Part shown: positions 22,028 through 33,755 of the stretch, in pieces
How the letters are laid out: each line of letters opens with the position of its first letter
Position numbering within the stretch: the stretch's first letter is position 1
Origin: Basidiobolus meristosporus CBS 931.73
Lineage: Eukaryota > Fungi > Basidiobolomycota
Assembly (NCBI GenBank): GCA_002104905.1
Contig: MCFE01000139.1
Coordinates: 62,001 to 126,000, forward strand
DNA: 64,000 bases
Direction: 5' to 3'
The notes under the pieces: model-generated
Databases searched by the model: none
What the model saw: the letters and a program-made list of their open reading frames with translations, nothing else
Told to the model about the DNA's origin: nothing
Made by a program: the position numbers and the translations under genes

Positions 22028-25000
22028 AAAGTTGAGAGGGTTCTCCTGAATCTCTTTTCTTGTGATACCAATATCTTGATGGCTCAGAATTATCAGCAAG
22101 TCTTGCAAGCTTGAGTCTGTCCCTATGCACTAAGTCTTCCCGGATATTGCCTTGTTTGTCCACCAGTTGGTAAGTTGCAAATGGACATTCTCTGATGATC
22201 TTTAATGGTCCTGTCCATTGTGGCTCAGACTTCTTCCGAGTGTTGTTTCTTAGCAATACAAAGTTCCCAACTGTCAATGCTTCTGGTGCTATGGTCTTAT
22301 CAAATCTCTGCTTCATCTTTTCTGCACTTTGAGATACTTTGGTCTGTGCCTCTTGACGTCTTTGTTCCAGTTGCTGGTGTCTACTTGGCTGACTGAGTTC
22401 ATCTTCTAAGGTGTCTGTAAGCTTTGGTTGTGTGAGATCTCCTGGAATCCTTGGTTCACATCCATACACTAAGTAAAATGGTGGTTGCTGGGTGGTGTTG
22501 TGTACTCTGACTCTGCATGCAAAGAGTGCTTGGTCTATATACTCATCCCAACTACTGACAACTCCATTTGCATACTTGGTGAGCATTTTCCCAAATAATC
22601 CATTAAACCGCTCAGTGACTCCATTAGTTATGGGGTGATATGCCAAGGTTTTCAAGTGTCTGATCTGCTGCATTTCCAGGTAAGCCTCTAATGTCTTTGC
22701 CATAAAGTTTGCTCCTCTATCAGATAAGATCTCCACAGGGCATCCAAACTTCATCAGGATCTCATGGTAAATGAAACTTGCAACTTCTTGTTCACTGGCT
22801 ATTGGTCCAGTTTTAGCAACTAGCCATTTAGTGGCATGGTCAATTGCTACTAGGATCCAATGGTTGCATTTCCTGGTAGTTGGCAGTCTTCCAATAAAGT
22901 CAATTCCCCATCTCTCAAATGGTCTTACAGGCTCCAACGGGAAGAGCTTGGCAATTCTTTGTGGCCGCCCTTTATTGATTTGGCAGTTTGGGCATGTTTT
23001 CACTAGCTTCTCAATATCTTGTTTCATCCTGGGCCACCATGCTCTGGCTTTCACAAGGCTATAGGATCCTTCAATCCCAAGATGTCCATATCCATTGTGT
23101 AGCTTATGTATTAAATCCAAGCAAGAAACATAAGGGCAATAGGCAATAGGGCTTCCATCAACAATTTGGTAGAGTGTTTCATCCTGTACTACAAATTTGC
23201 TGGCTTCATCACGGATTATCTTCTTGATATCTTCATACACCTCATTAGGAATGGCTTGGTCCTCCAAGTACTTTGGTAATAGGCTAGGCCAGTCTGACTC
23301 ATGCACCAAGTTGAGTTGTGCAACTTGATCTAATCTTGATAAGGCGTCAGCAACCGTGTTGTTTTTTCCAGGGCAGTAGACAATCTCCAGGTCAAATTGC
23401 TGAATGTATTCACTCCATCTTGTCATTCTTCTAGAGAGTTCCTTCTGAGTAAATATATACTTGAGGGAGGCATGATCAGTCTTCACAGTGCATTTGACTC
23501 CTTCAATATAGCATCTCCATGTCTTCAAATAGTGTACTATAGCAAGCATCTCCTTCTCATAGACTGGATAGTTTTGTTCTGCTGAGTTCAGTTTCTTGGA
23601 TTCAAAGGCAACAGGGTAGTCCTTTCCCTCGTGTTCTTGGCTCAGCACTCCACCAATTGCATAATCTGAAGCATATGTGCACAGAGTGAACTCTTTTCTG
23701 AAGTCTGGTATTCCTAAGCTTGGCAGCTTAGCAAGTTCATTCTTAAGCATCTGGAAGGCAATCTCACAAGCTATGTCCCACTTGTAGGTATTGTCTTTCT
23801 TGAGGATATCAGTTAAAGGGGCTGCAATACTTGCAAAAGACTTGACAAATCTCCAATAATAGGAAGCCATTCCAAGGAATGATCTGAGTTCTGATATGCC
23901 ATGGGGCTGCTTCAAATTCTTGATAACTTCAACCTTCCTAGGGTCTAAGGTCACTCCTGTGCTAGTCACTATGTGTCCCAGGTATTCAACATGTTCCTTG
24001 AAGAATTCACACTTGGCTAGCTTGCCATATAGCTTGTTCTCTCTTAGTTTCTTCAAGACCTTTTCAATGTGCACCATGTGATCCTTTTCTGTCTTGCTGT
24101 ATATCAATATGTCATCCAGGTAGATTATCACAAACTTGTCTAAGTACTCCTGAAAGACAGTCTGCATCAGCGTCATGAATGTTGCAGGAGCTTTAGTGAG
24201 GCCAAAACTCACAACCAAGTACTTGTAATGTCCATATCTGGTTGTATCCTGTCATGAGGTCAATCTTGCTGAAAATAGTGGCTCCATTAAGTTGGTCCAA
24301 AACCTCATCAATCCAAGGTATGGGGTACTTATTCTTGACAGTAACTGAGTTCAGGGCTCTGTAGTCAATGCACATCCTAAGTGTTCCATCCTTCTTTTTC
24401 ACAAAAAGCACTGATGCTCCCCAGGGTGACTTGCTGGGCCTGATGTATCCTTGCTCCAATAGCTGATCAATTTGTCTCTTCATTTCCTCCAATTCCAATG
24501 GACTCATTCTGTAAGGTGTCTTGCTCACTGGAGGGCTATCTCCTGTGTCAATGGTATGATCCACGTCTCTAACTGGTGGTAGGCTTACAAGCTCATCTGG
24601 AAACACATCTGAATATTTCTTCAAGAGAGTCTGGACCTGCTGGGGTGCTGGGGTAGAGGAATCCTCCTGTAAAACCGCCATGAGGAACATCTGAGTACCT
24701 TTTCTAAGCGCTCTACAGAACTGGGTCTTGTTAAGTTCACTTGTCTCACACATATTGGAATTGACCAAGTTAAAATCCAGCCTGGCAGGTAATAGCTCAT
24801 AGGTCTTGTTGTCTTTTTGGATCTGAGTAACATGGGTTCTCCAGTTGATTGATGGATTACAACAAAATAGCCAGGTTTTTCCAAGTACAAGGTCAAACTT
24901 GCAGTTCCCTAATATATAAGCCTGTAGGTCTTCTTCATAGTCATTGATCTTCATTCTTACTGGCTGAGTAATACGGCTGATTATGTGAGAGTTCCCATCA

Positions 25001-26010
25001 GCTGTTGAGACTGAGGTTGATTTGGTAGGTTCTGAGTTGATCCCAGCTTTCAGAGCAAATTGCTCTGACATATATTCATGCAATGCTCCTGTGTCAATCA
25101 TGATCTTGGCAGGTACTCCATTGATTACTCCATTCAAGTATAATAGCTTTCCTGAGTTTGAGGTCATCTGGGATAGGTATTCTTCTGTCATGTGGAAGGT
25201 GAGTTCTGAGTCTTCTTCAAGTTCATCCTTCATGTTACTATGCTCCATGGCCTCAATACGGTTAAAGGTTCTTGATGGCTGGTGTCCATTTCTTCTCTGA
25301 GGGCAGTACTTTGCAATATGTCCTTGCTGGTGGCAATTGAAGCAAAGTCCTTTCTTCTTACATTCTTCCAAGGCAGGATTCTTCTGCATAGCATCTATTT
25401 CCATTGGTACTGCTTCTGACTGTCTTCTCTCTTAATGATTGTAGCCTTTCTGATCAGTCACTGTAGGCTTCCCAACTCCAAACATAGCTGAGTCATAGTC
25501 AATGGCAATCTTGATGGCTTCTTCAATAGTCTGAGGTCTTTGATAATTCACTTCCTTGCGAGTTCTTTCTTTTAACCCATCAATAAAGTATTCAACTTGA
25601 TCCAGGGGGTCTATTCTTTCAATTTGTCGAAGTAGACATCTGTACTCATAGATGTATTCTTGAACCATTCCTTTCTGTCTGAGTGTCTTTAACTTCCTTC
25701 TTAGTAGTGTCTGTTGGTGTGGAGGTTCAAAAGCATCCTGAATTTCCGACACAAACTCATCCCAGGTAGAGATTGTAGAGCATCCCATGATAGTGGCTGA
25801 CCTGATCTTGTTGTGGTACCACTGTAAAGCTGCATCTGCCAGGTAAGAAGCTGCATAATGCAACTTGCTTTCTGGAGCAACTCATTTAGCTTTAAAAGCT
25901 TCTTCAATCTGAAAGAGCCAAGTCCCCAGGTTTTCATTGACTCTGCCATGGTACCAGCTGACCTTTACACTAAAGTTGCTCTTAACAGGGCATTGCTGGT
26001 TCTGAGCCAT
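22026..26010 (-). pseudogene. Gypsy gag-pol with TGA at 25882-25884, TAA at 25432-25434 and a frameshifting RT deletion at ~24240
   Basis: ATG at 26010 (MAQNQQCPVK); ORF pieces 25432-25863, 24193-25404 and 22026-24218 join into one frame once the lesions are repaired. Confidence 0.9.
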
Positions 26011-26160
26011 GGTAGTCATTCCTTGTTGCTGTTAGCTGAGGATCTGGAGTAACTGTTGCTGTTGGGCCAGGATTTGCTGCACAGCATTCTTCCATTCTTG
26101 ATTGTCCAACATCTTGAGGGTGGTTTCTTCTTTCTTCAGGAGGGAGGTTTCTGGTTATTG

Positions 26161-26169
26161 CTGCTACCA
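26161..26169 (-). promoter_or_regulatory. Primer-binding site for the tRNA-iMet 3' end
   Basis: TGGTAGCAG one base after the 5' LTR; complementary to ...CTGCTACCA; second copy at 37275-37283. Confidence 0.8.
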
Positions 26170-26170
26170 A

Positions 26171-26538
26171 TGTTACAAGTCTTGGTATAAGAGTTGTAGA
26201 GGAATAGGGAGTTTAGCTAGTATTGTATTCACTAAAACTTGAACTGATTTTTATTGAGGTTCCAGCAGCTCCTTATATACATTTTGCCAGAGCAATTGCT
26301 GACTAATTGTATTTCCTAATGTAGGTTGTGGCTGATGACTCATCTGATTGCATCATCATCACCCAATAAGATCCTACTTAATATATCTATTTCTGTCTGA
26401 TAAGGATCTGCTGATTCATTTGCTGACTAATGCTACTGATTTGATAGATAATACTGATATACTGATAACCTAAACATATACTATTTGATTTGACTAAAAA
26501 CTGATCTAACTTAAACATTCAAGCGGCAGCTCATAACA
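26171..26538 (-). repeat. 5' LTR of the young Gypsy
   Basis: 368 bp, TG..CA, followed by TSD CTAT. Confidence 0.97.
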
Positions 26539-26937
26539 CTATAAACAGGCTGGCACTAAGTGGCACAATCCAGCAGAACATGTCTAATATTTACCAATCC
26601 TGATGCTGTTACAGTATGCCCCTAAGTGTTGAGAAGCTCTCCTTACTTAATGACACAATTGTACTACTTCTACAAAGGCGTAGCTACTGAGCTTGCTTAT
26701 GAGTAAGCAGCATTTCAACTCTTATCACTATAGCTTGATAAGTTCATTTTATCCAAATCACTTCTTGAATTACAGCACTTTGGTGATTGTACTATAATTT
26801 TTTCAATGAATGTGAACCCAGTGCATCAAGCCCTGCCTGATTTTCCTGCACTGATATCCCTTGATCTACCTGATGGTTCTTTGTCACTTGTTAAGAGCTT
26901 GCAGCCTGGTATTTGACAGGCTTTTAGATAAGCCACT

Positions 26938-27440
26938 CCCTATGAAAATAACTTTGTTGTGCATGTTGTTCCTATCCAAATTGGCCATCTGTATTCTGCA
27001 ATGAGTCTATCATAATGCCAGTGGCTTGGAATCATCGACCTTCTACATGATATAATGACAGGATTATAATGAGATTTTGCTGATTTTGCTGCTAAATAAA
27101 GTAAAAAGTATGATGGTATTTAAGCACTCTTTTGACAAGAATTGCATAGCATTCAGATGTTCATGAAGCCTTCTTTGTGTATTTGGGTTGACCTAGCCTG
27201 CCAATACATCTAATTGCCATATATAGCAAGAAACTTAATGGTGCGTGTATGGCCTCATTGCAAACCTCTGCTGGCATTAGAATGACAAAACAGCTGCCTA
27301 CAGCTAGTTCTGCATAATGCTACTGTGCAAGTTTGCAAAATGGTATTTTCTTTTTCTGCTACTCCTTGTGCTATTCTTGTATTTAATTTTGGATTCTTTC
27401 GCCTTATCTACTACCCATTACTATCTTGATTATTCCACAA
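26938..27440 (-). mobile_element. CACTA-type 3' terminal fragment
   Basis: TIR CCCTATGAAAATAA at 26938; subterminal homology to 44214-44700. Confidence 0.6.
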
Positions 27441-30148
27441 ATAGCTTGAATAATACAAAACTATGACCTCCTTCAACAGTAGGAAGAAGCCAAAGGATTA
27501 CATGCTACAACTCATTACCAGAATGGAGACACTTGCTTGAGAACTTTGTTGTATTAATGCTGGAGTTGCTGAAGAAGAACAGATATTCACTCTGTTTTGA
27601 AGCTGACCAGACAAGTATGAGCCAATCATGCTCTCCTTTGGAATTAGAGAAGACTATCTAGCATTAGACTATGACAAAGGAAGACTTCTTCATGAAGAAC
27701 TCAGACATGATATCAAGTGGCAAAGTTAAAGATAATTCTTTATTCAGCACTGAAATGCATCCTGAAAAGAAAGGAAAGCAACAAAATCATTGGAAGCCTG
27801 GTTGCAGTAAATATTGTCAGATGCTAGGACACTAGGCAAGAGAATGCAAGAAGAAACCATCCCAACTCTGGAGCATCACTGCATATTTGCTGTATATAAG
27901 AATGGTTCAGCAACTCAAAGCCCAGTCCAGTAAGAAAAATTTATCTGGGACACAACTCTGCACTGATAGTTACTGCCAGTGGGTTTATACAGTAAAATAT
28001 GAGTGATATCTCAGGGGCAACAATAGCAAGACAGACTGACATATTCTTTGGGCCTGAAATTGCCAAGAACCAACTCTCAGTCAGTAGAGCAGCTACTCAG
28101 GGACTAAAATTTGCTTTAACTATGCCAAGCTGCTCAATGTTGAGTGAGAATGTACACAAATTAGCCTTTGATATCAGAGATCACAGTATATACAAGTTAC
28201 CATGCAAGATCATGTACCTGGGTATGTCAACATTGCTGACACTGATGATACCAACTGTGAAAATGAGCCAATTGGTGAAAAATCAAGTTGTATTGGACCT
28301 CAAATACTCCATTCTGAACAAATTGAATGTCTGTAAGGGTTATTCTCATGTCAAACAAGCTATGTAATGTTTTAGGAGCTCAGGTGTCATTAACACTGCC
28401 AAAACAATGCCTATTGTGCACTCAGACATTTGTGTGCTGATGAAGACATTGTACATTGGAGCCAAGAGATATTATTTGATATTTATTGATGATAAGACAA
28501 GATACACATATGTGCACTACCTCAAGACAGAGGATGTGGCTTTGGAGATGTTTAAGCACTTCAAGAACATAGCATAAACACAAACAGTGTGTATATTGAA
28601 GGTACCTCAATAGAGGGGGATGCTGTTCAAAGGAGTTTGCATGATAATGCTCATCTGCTGGCATACTTCAATAGTCCATTGTTCCATACACTTTACAGCA
28701 AAATGGAGTAACAGAGCCTGCAAACAGAACAGTAATAGAGTTGGGAAGATATATCTTAATTGATAAGTGAATGGGCCACAGGTTTTGGGCTAAATCTGTT
28801 GCTAACACATTATACATCAAGAATTGAAGCCCAACAGTAGCCCTTAGTGACTCCACATCCTTTGAAGCATATGCAGGCAAAATATCAGACCTCCAATACC
28901 TCAGAATCTTCAGCAGTGATGTTTTTTATGACATTCCTGACAACAACACTCATAGTTGGAACCAAAGATTAGAAAAGCAAACTTTCTTGGGTATTGTGAG
29001 GATACCAAAGGGTAAAGGGTGAATGATGGCAAAATTCAGAAGCTGATCAAGAGCAGGGATGTTGTATTTGAGCAGAATTCAGAGCAAAGACTACTGAAGC
29101 ATTGGCCTGCTGCCTGGTAATACAATCAACACTAATGAAGAGGATACTAACCATATTCTGCTAGCTACAGAAGATAAATCTACCAGTTCCAGATCAGAGC
29201 AGATCATTGCAGTTAGGTGATCTACCAGAATAAGGAATGCCCCAGGATCCTGTTGACAGACATGAATGATCATTAAGAAGCTTGTTTGCTTTAGGGTCAA
29301 ACCTTAGAACCAGTAACAGGAAATGCAAAGTCTAGATGCTACTATGTGGCAACAAGCCATGCAGGAGGAGTACCCATCAATGATCAGGGCAAAAACATGG
29401 GACCTAGTATATATACCATATAGGACATAGCCCATAGGATGTAGATGGGCCTACAAGATCAAGATAACCTCAAATGGTATTGTGAATAGGTACAAGGCTA
29501 GATAGGTGGCTAAATGCTATTGCTAAATTAAGAGACTGGACCTTAAGGAAATATTTGCTCTGGTTGCTAAGCATAAATCCATTAGGCCAGTTCTAGCCTT
29601 AGTAGCTGCACAACATTTAGATCTACACAAAATTGACATCAAAACAGGCTTTCTGATGGGGATCTGCAAGAAACTCTATATATGGAGTAAAAAGAGGGTC
29701 TAATCAATCCACAAAACCTTTATAAGATGTGAAGACCTGGGAAATTACTCTATGGACTTAAGCAGGCACCTAGAGCATGGTATAACTGTTGCATTTTAAG
29801 AAGTGATTTGGATATAAGGAACTTATCAAGAAATAGTGATAATAGTGGAACTGTTGTTTATTCATAAAGAAGCTCAGTATTTATACCTTTGTAGAAGTAA
29901 TACAGCTGCAACACTAAGTAGGGAGGGTTTCTCAATATTCAGGAGCATTCTGTAACAGTTTCAGGTTAGTACATAATGTTTGTTAATAGTGCTAATTTGA
30001 TCCTGACTATGAGGGAATAATCATAAGATCATATATCTATGGAAAGTGGCAAAGTTAAGGCAGTAAATGAGTCCTACAGGGACTAAGACTAGCCTAGAAT
30101 TGTTAGGTAAATTTTTAGCTGCTGAATGATACCAAATAGTCCAATATT

Positions 30149-33100
30149 TCAAAACTCCCCCTCAACTAAATAATTTCTTAATCCCAATTTCTCTCTAAGG
30201 ATTTCAAACTGTGGCCTAACTAGTGGTTTTGTCAATATGTCTGTCACCATTTTGTCAGTTGGGCAGTAAACCAGCTCCACTAAGTTATTTTCTACAGCTT
30301 CCCTCACAAAGTGATGCTGTATATCAATGTGCTTAGTTCTGGCATGATTAGTAGGATTTCTAGCTAATGAAATACAACTTTGATTATCCTTGTAAATACA
30401 TGTTGGTGCACCTGAATCAAAACCTAAGTCTTTGAATAATTTTTGTAGCCATATAGCCTCCTTTGTTGCTTGACATGCTGCCATATATTTGGCTTCAGTT
30501 GTAGATAGTGCCACAGTTGGTTGTTTCTTGCAATTCCAAGTAATAGCTGCACCAGCATAAAGAAATACATAGCCTGTGGTAGAGCGTCTGTCAATCAGAT
30601 CCCTACCCCAATCTGAATCACTATAACCATCATATTTTTGCCTATTAGCTGCTCCAGAGTATTCCAGTACCATACTTATGGTACCTTGTAGATATCTGAA
30701 AATCCGCTTAACTGCTGCAATTTGATCTGATCCATAATTCTGCATGAATTGACTGACTATTCCAACTGCTACTGCAATATCTGGACGTGTAGACACCATC
30801 AAGTACATTAGGCTACCAACCATTGATTGATAGGGAAAGCTTTGGTCCATATTTGAGCCGTTTTCATCCATAACTGGTTGAGATTTGCTTAATTTCAGGT
30901 TATTGTCCATAGGGGTTGCTGCAGGTTTGCAATTTTCCATTTTGAAGCGTCTAAGAATGTCCCTGATGTACTTAGACTGATTCAGCACAATTCTCTGCGT
31001 AGGTATGTCAAATTTGACCTCAATTCCAAGAAAATAGCTCAATTTTCCAAGATCTTTCATCTCAAACTTGCTGAAGAGATCAGAATTTGTCTGTTTAAGT
31101 GCCTCTTGATCACTTGTAGCTATAATTAGGTTGTCCACATAAAGAACTAGGATGATCACACCCTTTTTGAGCTGTTTCACATATATACTGTGATCTGCAG
31201 TGCTACGAGAGAACCCAATTTCCTCAAGATATGTGTCAATCTTGTTAAGCCATGCTCTGGGTGCCTACTTAAGCACATACAACAATTTTCTAAGTTTGCA
31301 CACCTTATGGGGGCCTTTGGATCGGTAAAACCTTCTGGTTGCTCCATATATATAGTTTCTTGCAAATCCCCATTCAGAAAGGCTGTTTTGACGTCCATTT
31401 ATTTATGCTTCTTCATGATCATTGGATGTCTGCCACCAGGATCCAGGGGCATTTCCTATTCTGGTAGTTCTCCTAACTGGGATAATCTGTTCTGATCTGG
31501 AACTGGTAGAAGTATCTTCCATCTCTGGCTGGATTTGGTATGTATCTTCTTCATTTGTGTTGATTGCATCATCAAGCAGCTGACCAATGATTTCTGTGGC
31601 TTTCTGATCTAAATTCTCCTCAAATACAACTTCCCTGCTCTTGATCAGCTTCTGAATTTAGCCATCATACACTCTATACCCTTTAGTATCTTTACAATAC
31701 CCAAGAAAGATCCTTTTTCTACTCTTTGGTTCCAACTTTGAGCGTTTTTTGTCAGGGATGTGATAAAAAATATTGCTGCCAAAGATCCCAAGGTGCTGGA
31801 GATCTGGTTTTTTGCCTGTAAATGCTTCAAAGGGTGTAGAATCACGTAGTGCTGTTGTTGGGCATCTGTTCTTGATGTATACAGCGGTAGCAACAGATTC
31901 AGCCCAAAACTTGTAGTCCATTCCCTTATCATGTAGCATAGATCTTCCCATCTCTACTATTGTTCTATTTGCACGTTCTGCTACTCCATTTTGCTGTGGA
32001 GTATGAGGAACTGTGGTCTGTTGAAGTATACCAGTAGACAAGCAGTATTTTGCAAACTCCTTTGAGCAGTATTGTCCTCCATTGTCACTTCATAGTACCT
32101 TCAATTTACACCCTGTTTGTGTTTCTGCCATGTTCTTGAAGTGCTTAAACGTCTCTAAAGCTTCATCCTTTGTTTTGAGGAAGTACACCCATGTATATCT
32201 TGTCTTGTCATCAATAAACGTCATAAAGTATCTCTTGGCTCCAAAGGACAGTGTTCTCATGGGGCAACATATGTCTGAGTGTACAATAGCCAATATTTTG
32301 GTGGTATTGATGCCTTCTGAGCTCCTGAAACGTTACCTAGCTTGTTTGCCATATGAACATCCCTTACAAACATTCAATTTGATCGGAATTGAGTATTTTA
32401 GGCCCAAAACAAGCTGATTTTTCACTAATTGGCTCATTTTCTGTTCCCCTATCTGCCCTAGCCTCCTATGCCACATCTCCCAGTTGGTTTCATCAGTTTC
32501 AGCAATGTTGACATACTTAGGTACAATGATCTTGCATTGTAACTTGTATATTGTGATCTCTGATTCCCAAAGCTAATTTTTGTCCATTTTCACTCAATAT
32601 TGAGCAGCTCAGCTTAGTAAAAGCAAATTTCAGTCCCTGAGTAGTTGCTTTACTGATTGAGAGTAGGTTCTTAGCTATTCCAGGTACATAGAGTACGACA
32701 GTCAGTTTTGCTGTTGTTGCCCCTGAGTTATCACTCATATTTAGTTGTATAGACCCACTGGCGGTAGCTTCCAATGAAGAGTTATCTCCCAGATAAACCT
32801 TTCTTACGGGAATAGTCTTTATGTTGCTGAACCAATCCTTTATACCACAAATATGCTGTGATGCTCCAGAGTCAATATACCATTCATTACTTTGGTTACT
32901 TGCACTCTCTTGTACAGTTACAAATAACTGTTCATCAATAGTTATATGGTTTGCCTGCTCTAGTTTCTGTTTTTTGTCTGCTTGTTTCTTCTTGCATTCT
33001 CTTGCCCAGTGTCCTGGCTTCTTACAGTAGATACAGCAGCCAGGTTTTCTTTGGTTTTGTTGCTTTCCCTTCTTTTCTATATGCCTTTCTGAACTGAATA

Positions 33101-33719
33101 AAGCATTATCTTCAATTTTCTCTGCTTGATCATTACGTCTGAGTTCTTCATGGAGAAGTCTTCCTTTGACATAGTCTAAAGTCAAGTTGTCTTCACTGCT
33201 TTCAAAAGAAAGTATGAGTGGCTCATACTTGTCAGGTAGGCTGCAAAGCAGACAGAGTATCTTTTCTTCATCATCTACACCAACATTAATACTGTAAACT
33301 TCTTCTGCAAGTGTCTCCATTCTGGTAATGAGTTGTAGCATGTCATCATCTGGCTTTTTTCTCATGTTGAAGAACTTTTGTTTCAAATGAAGCTTGCTTG
33401 ATACTGACTTTGCTCTAAAGATCTTCTCTAAGGATTCCCATGCTGCTTTGGCAGTATTTGAGGCATGGATTTGTCCAATGAAGGAGTCTTGCACATTGAT
33501 GCATATTGCATTGAAGGCCTTTCTCTCCTTCTCTTGAAACTTCTCCACATCTTCTGTTGTTCCTTTGGGCTCAACTTCCTTTCCTGTCACTATGTTCCCA
33601 AAGCTTTCTTTCCTCAAGGTGGATGTGCATCTTGATTCTCCAAAGTCTGTAGTTCTTCCCATCAAACCTCTCCTTTACAGGGAAGATGTTGGTATTCTTT
33701 GTTCGCTGGTAGAAGTCAT
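30149..33719 (-). pseudogene. Copia gag-PR-IN-RT-RH polyprotein; several frameshifts and a ~340-bp deletion of the RT N-terminus at ~31400
   Basis: CIYCKKPGHWAREC knuckle, DSGASQH, TPQQNGVAERANR, YVDN, ALSTTEAKY; deleted block present in the older copy at ~29280-29630. Confidence 0.9.
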
Positions 33720-33743
33720 CTTTAGAATAGATTAAGGCAATTG

Positions 33744-33755
33744 GGGCTCATAACC
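33744..33755 (-). promoter_or_regulatory. Copia PBS complementary to the tRNA-iMet anticodon arm (half-tRNA priming type)
   Basis: GGTTATGAGCCC directly after the 5' LTR; second copy at 35621-35632. Confidence 0.85.

Larger units (their letters stand above)
21648..26538 (-). mobile_element. Near-intact compact Ty3/Gypsy retrotransposon (4891 bp, no chromodomain)
   Basis: Two 368-bp TG..CA LTRs with 4 differences; TSD CTAT; PBS and PPT present; gag-CCHC, PR, RT (YLDD), RH, IN with GPF/Y-like tail. Confidence 0.97.
18280..26585. mobile_element. Full-length PIF/Harbinger-superfamily (PHIS) transposon, copy B, ~3.41 kb without the nested Gypsy
   Basis: ~25-bp imperfect TIRs AGACTTGTTCC... / ...CAGAACATGTCT; TSD ATT/AAT inside a Copia LTR; divergent ORF1 and DDE transposase. 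Confidence 0.85.
16650..26777 (+). mobile_element. Internally deleted Ty1/Copia whose 3' LTR (18101-18279 + 26586-26777) is split by the Harbinger-type element
   Basis: gag and protease DSGASQH at 16650-17400; two large deletions (integrase core, RT); PPT GAGGGGAAG then TGTTG; LTR resumes after 26585. Confidence 0.8.
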
